Positions 32,132-44,395 of a stretch of DNA of 64,000 bases are shown here, piece after piece. This stretch comes from an uncultured Phycisphaerales bacterium (lineage in GTDB: Bacteria; Planctomycetota; Phycisphaerae; Tepidisphaerales; Tepidisphaeraceae). Position numbers and translations under genes: made by a program. The notes under the pieces were generated by a model. The model was not told the DNA's origin, made no database searches, and was given only the letters and a program-made list of their open reading frames with translations. The DNA lies in assembly GCA_963755915.1 (NCBI GenBank), contig CAVWLP010000003.1, forward strand, positions 64,001 through 128,000, given 5' to 3'. How positions within the stretch are numbered: position 1 is the first letter of the stretch; every line of letters starts with the position of its first letter.

Positions 32132-33880
32132 TCACGACGCGAAAATTGAATTGATCGCCTGCTCCAGCGCCTCAAGGGTGACGGGTTTTACGATGTGCAT
32201 TTCGAAGCCGGCGTCTTTGCTGAGTTTCTGGTCGTTTTCAGAGCCGAAGCCGCTGAGGGCGATGCCTTTCAGGTTGTGGCGGGCGCGGAGTTGGCGCATG
32301 AGATCGTAGCCGCTGCGGTCGCGCAGGCCGAGGTCGCTGATAACGAGGTCGAAGGGTTTTTTGGAGGCGGCGTGGGCGGCCTGGCGAGCGCTGGGGACGG
32401 AGTGGAGTTGGTAGTCGCGCTGGCGGAGGAGGATGGTGATCGCGGAGCGGGTTTCGGCGTGATCTTCGACAAGGAGAATGCGGAGGGGTCTTTGGGCAGC
32501 GTGGGCGGCGCGGGTGCGAAGATGGGAATCGGCGGGTTTTCCGTTGTGAGATTCTGCGACCAGGGGAAGGGAGATGATGACGGTTGCGCCGCGATCTTTT
32601 CCTTCGCTGCGCGCTTCAATGGTACCATTGTGGGCCTCGATGATGGAGCGGGAGATGGTGAGTCCGAGGCCGAGGCCGCCGAAGCGGCGGGTGATTCCTG
32701 TTCCGCCCTGCTCGAAGAGGTCGAAAATTCGGGGAAGGACATCAGGCTCGATGCCGACGCCGGTATCGGTGAAGCGGATTCGAACCATACCCTGGGACCG
32801 CGTAAAACCAATGGAGATCTGTGCGCCGTCGGGCGTAAACTTGACGGCATTTCGCAGGACATTCCAGAAGACCTGGAGGAGGCGGACGCGGTCGCCGTTT
32901 ACGGGGATGGGAAGACAATAGAAGTCGGGAAGAAGGACAAGCCGGCGGGTTTGCAGGTCGGGCCGGCAGATATCCAGAGCCTCGCGAATGACGTCGCGGA
33001 GATCGAGCCGCTCAAAATCGGTGCGGAGCTTTCCGTGGAGGATTTTGTTGAAGTCGAGGAGGTCGTCAATAAGACGAACCTCCAGGTGAATATTGGTGAG
33101 AACGACGCGCAGGTCGTGACGGACATCGTCGGGCAGAGCGGGATCTTGCGCCATTGCGGAAATGCAAAGAAGAGCGGGAGTCAGCGGGGTGCGCAGCTCG
33201 TGGCTGAGCATGGCGAGGAAACGATCCTTTGCATCGTTGGCAGCCTGGGCAGCGGCGCGCTGTTGGACGGCGTCGGCGATGCGCTGCTCGGCCACGCGGC
33301 GTTCCTGGTCAAGTTGAGCGCGGCCTGTCAAATCGGTGATGGCGGTGAGATAGACCATGCCCTTCCCCGAGTCGCGGCCGACGTAAACGGCTGAAAGCTG
33401 GACGTGAGAGTATCCGCCGGAGGGGTTGCGAAGGCGGAGCTCCACCCAGGGCTTGGTCTGTCCCAGTGTTCCGGGAGCGGTGAGCAGGAAGTTGAGCAAA
33501 GCCCTTCGGTCCTCCTCATGCACGTAGACGAGCAGCGGACGGTGGATCATCGTTTCACGCGAAGCGCCCATGAGGCGAAAAGCGGTGAGGTTTGCCTTTT
33601 CGATGACGCCGTTTCGGTCAAGGGTCAACAGACCCACGGGCGCCTGTTCGTAAAGGCCGGCGTAGAGATTTTTCGAGCGTTCCAGTTCGAGCCGGGCTTC
33701 CCTGAGCTGCTCATTCTGGGCCAGGACTTCGTCCTGATGGGCGGTAAGGGCTTCAGCCAATTTGGCCGGATTCAAGGAGAGATCGTGTTGTCGGTAAAGG
33801 CGGCGTTTGGGTTTCGAGGAGTTCGGGGGAGCAGCAGCTTTCCTGCTTGCCGCGGAGATTGGGAATCGCTTTACCGGCAT
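32132..33880 (-). CDS. PAS-containing hybrid histidine kinase/response regulator
   Basis: QNEQLRE coil, PAS, FLAMLSHELRTPL, GGLGLGL, receiver LVEDH..SDLGL..KP. Confidence 0.93.
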   Translation of the reverse strand: MPVKRFPISAASRKAAAPPNSSKPKRRLYRQHDLSLNPAKLAEALTAHQDEVLAQNEQLREARLELERSKNLYAGLYEQAPVGLLTLDRNGVIEKANLTAFRLMGASRETMIHRPLLVYVHEEDRRALLNFLLTAPGTLGQTKPWVELRLRNPSGGYSHVQLSAVYVGRDSGKGMVYLTAITDLTGRAQLDQERRVAEQRIADAVQQRAAAQAANDAKDRFLAMLSHELRTPLTPALLCISAMAQDPALPDDVRHDLRVVLTNIHLEVRLIDDLLDFNKILHGKLRTDFERLDLRDVIREALDICRPDLQTRRLVLLPDFYCLPIPVNGDRVRLLQVFWNVLRNAVKFTPDGAQISIGFTRSQGMVRIRFTDTGVGIEPDVLPRIFDLFEQGGTGITRRFGGLGLGLTISRSIIEAHNGTIEARSEGKDRGATVIISLPLVAESHNGKPADSHLRTRAAHAAQRPLRILLVEDHAETRSAITILLRQRDYQLHSVPSARQAAHAASKKPFDLVISDLGLRDRSGYDLMRQLRARHNLKGIALSGFGSENDQKLSKDAGFEMHIVKPVTLEALEQAINSIFAS

Positions 33881-33986
33881 TGCGAGGGTTTCATTGGTTT
33901 AGCCCGCAGAACTTGCGAAGCGACTAATTGTAATCTGATTCCCGGGTAATGAGAATCCAGGAATTTTCAGGAGGCGGAAAAAAGGC

Positions 33987-36738
33987 TTACGGTGCTTTGG
34001 ATCGCGGATCAAGGGAGGGGCCGGCGGGGTTTGGATCACCGCGCCCCTGGATTTCAAAAAGGGCGATGACCGCGCCGTCGATGCGATTGTCGATGTTTTT
34101 GTAGGGGCGGATGCGCAGGGAAAAGAGCTTGCCGTTGCGATCGCGGCATTCGCTTTCCTTGACGGACATGGAGTCGACGGCTTCGGCGATAAGTGCCTCG
34201 AGATTGGGGCAATCGATGTTGGGCTTGATGTCGCTGATGGGACGCCCCACGTCGGTGGGAATAAGGTTGAGAACCCGCTCGGCCATTGGGGTAAATCGCC
34301 GGATGCGAAGATCGTTGGAGACCATCACGATGGCAATCTGGACGCTGGCGAGCAGATTGATAAGGTCGGAATTTACCCGGCTCAGCTCCTCGTTGCGGGA
34401 TTGAAGCTCTTCGTTGACGGTGTTCAGCTCTTCGTTGGTGGACTGCAATTCTTCCTTGGCGGTGTCGAGTTCCTCGTTGGTGGATTGGAGTTCTTCGTTG
34501 GCGGAGAGGATCTCCTCGTTGGCGGATTGGAGCTCCTCGTTGGCGGCTTCGAGGTCCTGGATGATGGCCTGGAGATATTCGCGGCTAGCGGCCAATTCCT
34601 TTTCCAGCTCGCGAACGCTGTCGGAGCGTTTGTCCGTTTTTCCCTTGTCTTTTTTCGAGTTTGCGGAAGTGCGGCTGGACTTTTCAGGTTTGGCTAAATG
34701 CGGATCGCCGCCGGCCTGACGCTGCTCCTCAAAAAGAATGAGAAAATGTCGTTCTCCCGGCAAGGCGCAAGGGGACGACCTCGATGGCGACGGGGCTCAT
34801 GCCGCCGTTGCTGCGAACGCGGAGGCCTTCGCGGCGAACGGATTCACCGAGTTTGCGAGCCTCCTGGATGGCGGATCGGATGCTGTAGAGAAGGCCTTCG
34901 CGCGCCATTTTAAGGAGGTTGAGGCTGGGATCGCCGGGAGGGGGCTCGAGGAATTTTCCGGTCTGGCCGCGGAATTGGATAATCTGGAGATCATCATCGA
35001 CGACCACACCGGCGGGTGAATATCGGGAGAGAATAATGTGATTGGCTTCACTCTGGATGGAAGCCGGACGGAGCTCGGCGGTGGCCGCTTTTGCGCGCTG
35101 GGGCTGGGCCTGGGTATAGGCGCCGACGGGGAGCCCGGCTTCGGCATTCTCGGTGGCAGGTTTCTTGGCGTAGAGCTTGTAGCGTTTATCAACGATGCTG
35201 AAGGAGTCGGCGCCGGCGCCGACGGATTCGGCGCTGCCAAGCATGAGAAAGCCGTTACTTTTCAGGGCGTAGCGGAAGACGCCCATGAGGCGCTTTTGAA
35301 GATTGGCGCCGAGATAGATGAGGACATTTCGGCAGAGGATGAGATCGAGCTTGGAGAAGGGAGGATCGCGCGTGATGTCCTGCCTGGCGAAGATGCAGAC
35401 GTCGCGGATGCTTTTTTTGATGCGGAATCCAGCGTCGGTGCGGGCGAAAAAGATTCGCAGGCGTTCGGCAGAGACGTCGGCGTTGATGCTTTCGGGATAG
35501 ACGCCGGCGCGGGCATGTTCGATGGCTTTGTCGGATACATCGGTGCCGAAAATCTGTATCCGGGTTCCCGAGGCCTGATCGCCCAGATATTCGTGAAGGG
35601 CGATGGCGACGGAATAAGCCTCCTCGCCAGTTGCGCAGCCGGGAACCCAGATTCGGATCGGCGAATCCGTCGGGCGATTGGAGGAGATGGGGGCGTAGAC
35701 CTTCTGGTTGAGGACCTCGAAAGATTCTGGATCGCGGAAGAAGCGGGTGACGTGGATGAGGATGTCCTGATAGAGACTGTTCACCTCGGCGGGGTTTTGC
35801 TGGAGGAACTTGATGTAATCGTCGAGGTTGATGAGCTTATGAAGGACCATGCGGCGCTGGAGGCGGCGCTTGATGGTGGGCTGCTTGTAGTGGGTGAAAT
35901 CGACGCCGCTGGCGTTGCGCAGCATGTTGAAGATTCGGGGGAGCCGCTCGTCGATGCCGGTGATCTCGCCCGATTGTCTGGCTTCGCCGCGAACGAGGGG
36001 GTGGGAGGCGATGCGGATGAGTTCCTGCGCGATGCCGCTGGGTGGGCGGACCAGATCGACGGCGGAAGTGGCGATGGCGGCGCGCGGCATGCCGTCGGAC
36101 TTGGCGGTGGTCGGTTCCTGGACAATGGTGATGCCGCCGGCAGCTTTGATTTCGCGAATTCCGATTGCGCCGTCGGAAGCGGTTCCGGAGAGAACGATGC
36201 CGATGGCGCGATTTTGGGCGTATTCGGCAAGGGATCGGAAGAAAGAGTCAATCGGCATGTGCTGCGTGCGATCTTCCGGACGGGCGATGAGATGGAGCAC
36301 ACCGTCGGCAATCTTCATGTGGGCGTTGGGAGGGATGACATAAACCTGATTGGCCTCGACGCGGACGCCTTCCGTGACCTGAACGACGTTCATTTTGCAG
36401 TGGGAGGCGAGCAATACGGGCAGAAAGCTCTCGTGGCGGGGTGCGAGATGCTGTACGACGATCAGGGCGAGACCGAGGTCAGCGGGAAGGTCTTCAAGAA
36501 GCTGAGAGCAGGCCTCAAGACCGCCGGCGGAGGCGCCGACGCCTGCGATCATGAAATCGGGGAGAACTTCGACGGCGGTGTCGTCGGCGGGCGCCGGGGC
36601 GGCTGGGGGCGCGGCAGTTGCGTGCTGTTCGCCGTGGGTGGAGCTCTGTGCGGCGGAGGATTTGGGTTGGGCGCTCTTTTTGTAGGACGGCGCCGCAGCC
36701 TGGCCGGATCGACTCTTCCTGGGCCTTGGTTTTTTCAT
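33987..36738 (-). CDS. CheB methylesterase/CheR methyltransferase fusion with coiled coil and PAS (frameshift ~34765)
   Basis: GASAGGLEA, VQHL, LSGTASDG, TRFFRD, WVPGCATGEEAYS, CRNVLIY, EELQS(A/T)NEE repeats. Confidence 0.9.
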
Positions 36739-36908
36739 TTTGCGCCTTTGCGATTTGATGGATCGATTTTGCGGGGGGTGCGGCCGGCGGATACGCGCAC
36801 ACAGCAAAATCGCCCGGAATCCCGAAACAGAAATGCTAAAGCTGCGGGCGGGAGGGGTCAAGGCAGAGCGAAACGTGGAGAGGCTGGATGATGAGGAGTT
36901 TTAAGCGT

Positions 36909-37214
36909 CTATGCATTGATCGCAAGGGCTCGCGGCTTTGTGCGGCGGGCGCGGTGTCCGTTGCCATTCGGCTTTTGCGCAGCGCCGTTTTCGCCGGCCA
37001 TGCGCTGAAGGATGACTTTCGCCACGTCTGCCTCGATTGCCGAGGGAATGAGTCGCTGGACGATAGCCTGAATGTTTTCGTCCTGGTCGCAGAACCAATC
37101 GATCAGGTGTGAGACGGCGGCGAGCTTAGTCATGCCCTTGTCGTCGCAGAATTGATCGAGCCGGGTTTTTGAGGACGGGGCGATCTCAATCCGCATGATG
37201 ACGCGTTTGTTCAT
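36909..37214 (-). CDS. Hypothetical protein, possibly ribbon-helix-helix-like DNA binding
   Basis: Strand-helix-helix pattern MRIEI....K..L..FC...GMT....SHLI.WF. Confidence 0.6.
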   Translation of the reverse strand: MNKRVIMRIEIAPSSKTRLDQFCDDKGMTKLAAVSHLIDWFCDQDENIQAIVQRLIPSAIEADVAKVILQRMAGENGAAQKPNGNGHRARRTKPRALAINA

Positions 37215-37399
37215 AGCTTTATTACCGTTTTATCTTGGAAACTGGTAGCCGCCCTTGAGCCCGCTGTCTATCAGGAAAATCGGCAGTTGGGTGATTATCT
37301 TGTGGCAAGGGAAGGGGCATCAAATGGAATGGCGCATTACCCGATGGGGTTGGTGGTGGGAATTGCCCGAAATGAGGCGGTCCGCGTAGGATCGTCGGC

Positions 37400-38750
<1,351 letters not shown>

Positions 38751-38779
38751 CATAAGTTGCTTCAGCCTGGGCTCGCAGC

Positions 38780-40163
38780 ATGTTCACGAAATCCACAGTA
38801 CTTCAAGGGGATAAAACCCTCCCAGCGCGGGAAACGCGCCTGCATCCGGAGTCGTGGGGCGAGCGCGGGGGGTTGAATGTTTTCCAGCGGCTGGTCCGGC
38901 AATGGGAATCGCTGCATCCGTATAACGGCGCAGGTGCTGAAAATCGAGGGGGAAGTCGATCTGCAGCTTTGCCGAAGCGCCTGGCTCGATGCGCTGGCGG
39001 CGCTCAACCTTGGGGTTGTATCCATACAAAAGAATTCCTACCGCTATCGGCGAATGAACGGGGAGGCGATTTACCATGGAGTCGTCGAATGTCCGGCGGG
39101 AACGCGGCTGGAGGAGTGGATCAGCCAAGAAATGAACCGGCCGTTTGATGATGGGCAGGGCGTACCGTTTCGGCCCTTTGTGATCCGGGAAAGCGGGCAT
39201 TTCTGGATGGGGTTGTGCTACCGGCACTGGGTGGCGGACAGCACGTCGATCCGGATGCTGATTCACGAGTGGTTCGCGCGGCAGTTTGAGCCGGAGGCGG
39301 CAGTCAATCGTCCGCTGCGGATTCACGCGGGGGGATATCTTTCGCTGTTTGGGCCGCATCGTCCGGGCTCGCGGCCGGGAAGCGCGCTGGCGTCGACGAT
39401 GCGCTGGCATGAGGAGTTTCGGCGGGTGAGGCGAATCGAAGAGCCGGTGAAGTTTCGCGACATGACGCTTGGATTTGAACTTTTTGACGCGCCGCCCGGG
39501 TTGATCGATTCCGTTTGCAAATCGGCGCACTGCGCCGGGGCGAAGGTGAACGACATATTTCTGGCGGCGATCGCGAAGGTGTGCGATGAGTTTGTGCCGG
39601 CAGAGGCGAAGTTTCGCCGCCGGCAACTGGCGATCGGGAGCATCGCCGATCTGCGTCCCTCCGCGGGGAAGCCGGTCGGGGATGTGTTTGATCTGCTGCT
39701 CGGGTTCGCGGTCGTGCGGTGCAAGGCCCATGAGATGAACGATTGGCCGAAGCTGGTGGGAGCGATTGCCCGGCAGACGCAGGACCAGAAGCTGGGGGCG
39801 CTGCCGCTGAGCAGCTTTATGCGGATGGGGATCGGGCTGATCGCCGGGAAGTGGCTGTCGCGGGAAAAGGTGATGGAGTTTTACCGCAAACGGGTATCCC
39901 TGGCGGGGGCAAATTCGAATGTGAATGTGAACCGCTGCTGGGCGGGGAAGTATGCGGGGTGCCGGCTGCTGGATTATGTGCGGGTGGCGCCGACCGGGCC
40001 GATGACGCCGCTGGTCTTTGCCACAACGACTTTCGGGAGCAATCTATCCGTGGGCCTGACCTACCGGCCGGCGATCGTGCCGGCCGAAACCGCCCGGCGC
40101 GGGGGCGAGATTCATCGAATATCTGCAAGAGATTCCGGGAAGCCTCAGGGCATAAGCAAATAA
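38780..40163 (+). CDS. Stand-alone condensation-domain/CoA-dependent acyltransferase-like protein (frameshift ~38930)
   Basis: RHWVADS variant of HHxxxDG, GAKVNDIFLAA, IADLR, SNV. Confidence 0.65.
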
Positions 40164-40369
40164 CCGATCAGGACCGCAAACAGGCCAACGAGGATGGCGA
40201 GCCCGACGGCAAAATTCGCCCGGGCGGCCGGGCCGATGCGTGCCCCCGGATTGCGGCAGGTTTCGCCGCAGGCGGGGCAATGCCAGCGGGCGTGGTCGTG
40301 GCTGGAATCCCGCGGGTGCAATTCCACCCTGGGGTTTCCGCAATGGGGGCAGGACAGGTTGATTTCCAT
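40145..40369 (-). CDS. Small Zn-ribbon membrane protein
   Basis: CPHC...CPAC and a C-terminal hydrophobic helix. Confidence 0.55.
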   Translation of the reverse strand: MEINLSCPHCGNPRVELHPRDSSHDHARWHCPACGETCRNPGARIGPAARANFAVGLAILVGLFAVLIGYLLMP

Positions 40370-40596
40370 AGGCTCTCTCCGCAGTGGATACGCGCTAAAA
40401 CGGCCGGCCCTGCGCACTATCACGATGGGGGATTTTTATAATGGGGGACGGGATAACGCGCTTTTCTTGCGCTATCGGGCTTTACTTTTTGCGCGAGGCG
40501 GATATCTTTTGAAGCCAAGAACATGGAAACCGGCGTGGAAAACGCCGGTAAACGGATTGCTTCATAGGTCTATCAGGCGCACATGGAGGTGCCGCA

Positions 40597-41952
40597 ATGT
40601 CCTTCCGATCCCTTCTCCTCGCGGTCGCGATTTCGATTGCCCCCACGATAAAGATATTTGCCGAGGACGCCCTTTCGACGCCGGAAGTGGCGAATTCCAA
40701 ATACCAGATCAACGGGGTTATCAACGTTGATTCGGTCTACGTGCGCAGTGGTCCCGGGGAGGGGTATTACCCGACCGCGGAGCTCGCCAAAGGCGCACAG
40801 GTGACCGTCGTGGGGATCAAGTTTGACTGGCTGAAGATTCTGCCGCCGGCGGACAGCTTTTCTTATGTCGGCGAGAAGTTTGTGGATCATGACGCCAACT
40901 CGACGGTGGGGAAGATCAACCGCGACGACGTGAACGTTCGGGCCGGGAGCATGGTCAATGCGATGAAGACGACCGTGCAGGCGCGGCTGAACACCGGGGA
41001 CCAGGTGGAAATCATCGGGACGGATGAGGACTATCTGAAGATCAAGCCGCCGGCCGGGGCGTATCTGTATGTGAAGAAGGATTTCGTGACGATTTCCAGC
41101 GCGGTGTCGCCGGCCAATACACCGGCGCCGGCAGTGCAGCCGATGACCACATCGGCTGTGCCGACGCCGCAGGTCGCGGCGACGAATCCTCCGGTTGCGA
41201 ATTCGGGGGCGATTGTGACCAGCACGCCGACGACGATGCCGACAGCGCCGATGGCGGCGGCATCAGTCGCGCCGACGACAAATCCGTCGGCGGTTGCTTC
41301 GGCAGCGCCGGCCCCGTCAACGCAGCCGGCGGCCCCGCCGCCGAGCCCGGAGGAGCTGTTCGCGGCTTATGAGTCGCAGTTCAGCGCGATCAGCCAGCAG
41401 CCGCTGGATGCGCAGCCGATCGACGAAATGATTTCGGATTACAAGGGAATCCAGGGCAGCGAGCAGCTTTCGGATGATCTCAAGACCGTGGTGCGGATTC
41501 GCATCGCGACGCTGCAGGCTCGGCTCGACAACAAGGCCAAGCTGATCGAAATGAAGCGGCTGGAAAAGGTGGCCGCCGATCGGCAACTGGCGCTTCAAGC
41601 GGAGCAGCAGGAGCTGGCCGAGCGGCTGAAGCAGTCGCAGGTCCAGGTCTTCGCGGCCGTCGGCCAGTTGCAACCCTCAAGCTTGCAGATCGGCGGCGGG
41701 ACGCTCTATCGGCTCGTGGATCCGGCGACCGGACGGACGGAAATTTACGTCCGCACCGGCGACGCGAAGATTACCGCGATGATGGGGCAGTTCATCGGCA
41801 TCTCAGGGCAGCCGGAGACAGATCCGCAACTCAGCCTGCGGGTGATCGAGCCGACGGATGCGCAGGAAGTGGATGAGTCGAAGGTGAACGCCTCGATCAT
41901 GGCGGATATTGTGCCGCCGAGCATGTTGGCCAGGCAAGCAGCTTCTAACTAG
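40597..41952 (+). CDS. Secreted SH3-domain protein
   Basis: Signal peptide, VYVRSGPG and VNVRAG SH3b motifs, Pro/Thr linker, coiled coil. Confidence 0.88.
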   Translation: MSFRSLLLAVAISIAPTIKIFAEDALSTPEVANSKYQINGVINVDSVYVRSGPGEGYYPTAELAKGAQVTVVGIKFDWLKILPPADSFSYVGEKFVDHDANSTVGKINRDDVNVRAGSMVNAMKTTVQARLNTGDQVEIIGTDEDYLKIKPPAGAYLYVKKDFVTISSAVSPANTPAPAVQPMTTSAVPTPQVAATNPPVANSGAIVTSTPTTMPTAPMAAASVAPTTNPSAVASAAPAPSTQPAAPPPSPEELFAAYESQFSAISQQPLDAQPIDEMISDYKGIQGSEQLSDDLKTVVRIRIATLQARLDNKAKLIEMKRLEKVAADRQLALQAEQQELAERLKQSQVQVFAAVGQLQPSSLQIGGGTLYRLVDPATGRTEIYVRTGDAKITAMMGQFIGISGQPETDPQLSLRVIEPTDAQEVDESKVNASIMADIVPPSMLARQAASN

Positions 41953-41960
41953 ACCACAGC

Positions 41961-42150
41961 CGGAGGCGAGGAGCGGTACTCCGCATTGGCTGGAGGCCAT
42001 CTGCCCGGAGGGCAATCTCTACTTGCGGAGGCGAGGAGCGGTACTCCGCAAAAGCTGGACGCGTCCGCCAAGGACGGCACTCTTTAATCCCGGAGGCGAG
42101 GAGCGGTACTCCGCAATGGCCGGACGCCCATTGCCACGGGGGGCAGCCTC
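41961..42150. repeat. Three-unit tandem repeat with 65-bp period
   Basis: CGGAGGCGAGGAGCGGTACTCCGCA exact at 41961, 42026 and 42091; the intervening 40-mers resemble one another. Confidence 0.92.
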
Positions 42151-42166
42151 TCGATGTTACGAAATT

Positions 42167-43658
42167 TTAATCCCGTTCGGCACGGGGTTCGCGCAAGCAG
42201 CAAGATATTGAGATTGCGCCTTTGATCTTTTTATGGCATGCTGCCGGACGTGCAGGCAAGACTGAAGGAAAAAGAGATCCTGTGCCTCGGACATCTGCGG
42301 CGCGTCTTCGCGCTGCTGCCCACGCTGCGGGATGTGGGCTGTGAGCGGGATCGAGCCGGGAACCGCCAGCTTCACTTCGACGATTATTGCAAGCTGGTTT
42401 TGCTTTACACCTGGAATCCGCTGATCCAATCCCTGCGGGATCTTCAGGAGGTTGCTGAACTGCCCAAGGTGGCCAAGGCGCTGGGAATTAAGCGTTTTTC
42501 CGTGGGCAGTTTCTCTGAATCGGTTCGGGTGTTCGAGCCGGGGCGTTTGACGCCGCTGATTGAGGAATTGGCGGGGGAACTGCCCCAGGCGCCCGATCCG
42601 CGTCTTGCGGACTTTGGGCAGGCGATCACGCTGGTCGACGGGACGGTGCTGACGGCGCTGAGTCGGCTGGCCAAATCCGCTTGCGGCATCAATGCGCACT
42701 ACAACACCTCCCGGGACGGGAAAGCGGTCTATGGCTGGCGTTTGCACGTTCAATTCGATCTGGAGACGTTCAAAGTCCATCGCCTCGACCGCACTGGCGC
42801 TCGCAACGCGGGGGCCAACCGTGAAAACAACGTCCTGCGGCGCAGCCTGGAAGCAGGACGGTGCTATGTAGGAGACGGCGGCTACGCCGACCGGAGCCTC
42901 TTTGCGGACATCGCCGCGGCGCAAAGCTCCTTTGTGATGCGGGCCGCGGAAAACTCGGTGTTTGAGCTGTTTGAAGAACGATTGCTTTCACAGGAAGCAT
43001 TGGACGGCGGCGTGGTGCGAGACGCGCTGGTGAAACTCGACGGCCTGGAGACGGCGGCGGATAGGGTGGTGCGACGGGTGGAAGTGCAGGTGAAACCCCA
43101 TCCGCGCCGCACGCGCAGCGGCAACAAGCCGACGGACCTGATCATCCTGTACACGAACCTGCTGGACCTGCCGGCGGAATTGATCGCCCTGATTTATCTG
43201 TACCGCTACACCGTTGAGTTGTTCTTCCGGATCTTCAAGCAACTGCTGGGCATGCGTCACCTGCTGAGCCAACGCCAGGAGGGGATCGACATCCAAATCC
43301 ACTGCGCGCTGATCGTCTGCGTGCTGATTCAGCTGATCAGCGGCAGGAAGCCGAACAAGGCGATGCGGAACATGATCGGCTGGTATCTGCTGGGGCTGGC
43401 CGAGGAACAGGACGTGCTTCGATTCCTGAACAAGCCGGATAACACCGGGATTAAGCTGAGGGCAAGAGCGGAGGCCTTGAAAAAACTGGGAGTAAACTGA
43501 AGGGGAATCCGTCGCCGCGGAGACCTCGCGGTTGATGCTGCGCTCTTGCGGACGCCGGCGTGCAGCAGGGGAAAGTAAAAGTATCTAAGCTTCAATTGTT
43601 TCGCGTCCTCCACAGCTTTGGAATGCTCCGATGAAGCCTGCGTGCCGAACGGGATTAA
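42167..43658 (+). mobile_element. IS4-family insertion sequence
   Basis: Perfect 18-bp terminal inverted repeats TTAATCCCGTTCGGCACG (42167-42184) and CGTGCCGAACGGGATTAA (43641-43658). Confidence 0.92.
42238..43500 (+). CDS. IS4 family DDE transposase
   Basis: LVDGT, YVGDGGY, Y..RY.VE.FFR..KQ (YREK). Confidence 0.92.
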   Translation: MLPDVQARLKEKEILCLGHLRRVFALLPTLRDVGCERDRAGNRQLHFDDYCKLVLLYTWNPLIQSLRDLQEVAELPKVAKALGIKRFSVGSFSESVRVFEPGRLTPLIEELAGELPQAPDPRLADFGQAITLVDGTVLTALSRLAKSACGINAHYNTSRDGKAVYGWRLHVQFDLETFKVHRLDRTGARNAGANRENNVLRRSLEAGRCYVGDGGYADRSLFADIAAAQSSFVMRAAENSVFELFEERLLSQEALDGGVVRDALVKLDGLETAADRVVRRVEVQVKPHPRRTRSGNKPTDLIILYTNLLDLPAELIALIYLYRYTVELFFRIFKQLLGMRHLLSQRQEGIDIQIHCALIVCVLIQLISGRKPNKAMRNMIGWYLLGLAEEQDVLRFLNKPDNTGIKLRARAEALKKLGVN

Positions 43659-44225
43659 CAAAAAGCCACATATCATCCCGACGAAAACACGAAGGACCGA
43701 GGGGCCGCCGATAAGTTCGACGGTCCCTCGATAGGGAATGTGGGCCGGTGAAGGAGGGGCCAGGATGGCTGGCGGCGGTGCGTTGGAGTCGCCGGACGCG
43801 AGCATCTTCTGAATAATGGGTCGCATTTGCTCGATTGTTATGCCGGCGCGATTTAGACATTGGCAGGCCTTGCCGTCGGATTCACGCAAGAGGCCGAGGA
43901 GCAGGTGTTCCGTGCCCACGTGCGTGTGGTTCATCAGGCTCGATTCTTCGATCGCGTAAATGAGGACGTTTTTGGCGTGAAGCGTTTGCGGGAGTTTGAT
44001 CCGGGCAGCGGGGATGATGACGGGATTGACGGATGCATGGATGTGATCGAAAACCTTAAGTCCAGCCGGCAGCGACTTGAGGGCGCCGGCGCCAACGCCG
44101 CCGGCTTCGATGACAAGTGCAAGAAGAATATGTTCGGTGTCGATGGCGGCGTAGCCGCGGCGATTGGCTTCGAGATTGGCGATCGCCATGACTTTGCGGG
44201 CACGATTGGTGAAATGTTCGAACAT
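43659..44225 (-). pseudogene. Clp N-terminal (ClpC-like) repeat protein interrupted by IS4
   Basis: MFEHFTNRARKV, TEHILLAL, GTEHLLLGLL; frame enters the IS right IR inside a hydrophobic segment. Confidence 0.75.
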
Positions 44226-44395
44226 GCGTGCTGCGCCGCCAGATTATATGCGAGCAAATGGGAAGGGAAAATGTGTCAGGATTGGAAAATGCGCGAGGTG
44301 CGGCAGGGTAGTTTGGGGATAGAGCAGAACGTGCTCCCCTGCGGGTCGCGGCTAAACGGGGAAGGCGAGGGGTGGGCTTTGGGTCTCTGAGTTGG

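Noticed and set aside
32195-33394. 399-aa plus-strand ORF
   Set aside because: Antisense shadow of the hybrid kinase.
35038-36891. 617-aa plus-strand ORF
   Set aside because: Antisense shadow of the CheB/CheR gene with no recognisable motifs; typical of GC-rich DNA.
41961-42150. CRISPR array
   Set aside because: Only three units, the 'spacers' are homologous to each other, and there is no cas gene or AT-rich leader in the window.
43329-43658. C-terminal ~110 aa of the 298-aa Clp-N ORF
   Set aside because: This is read-through into the IS4 right end and antisense transposase, not native protein.
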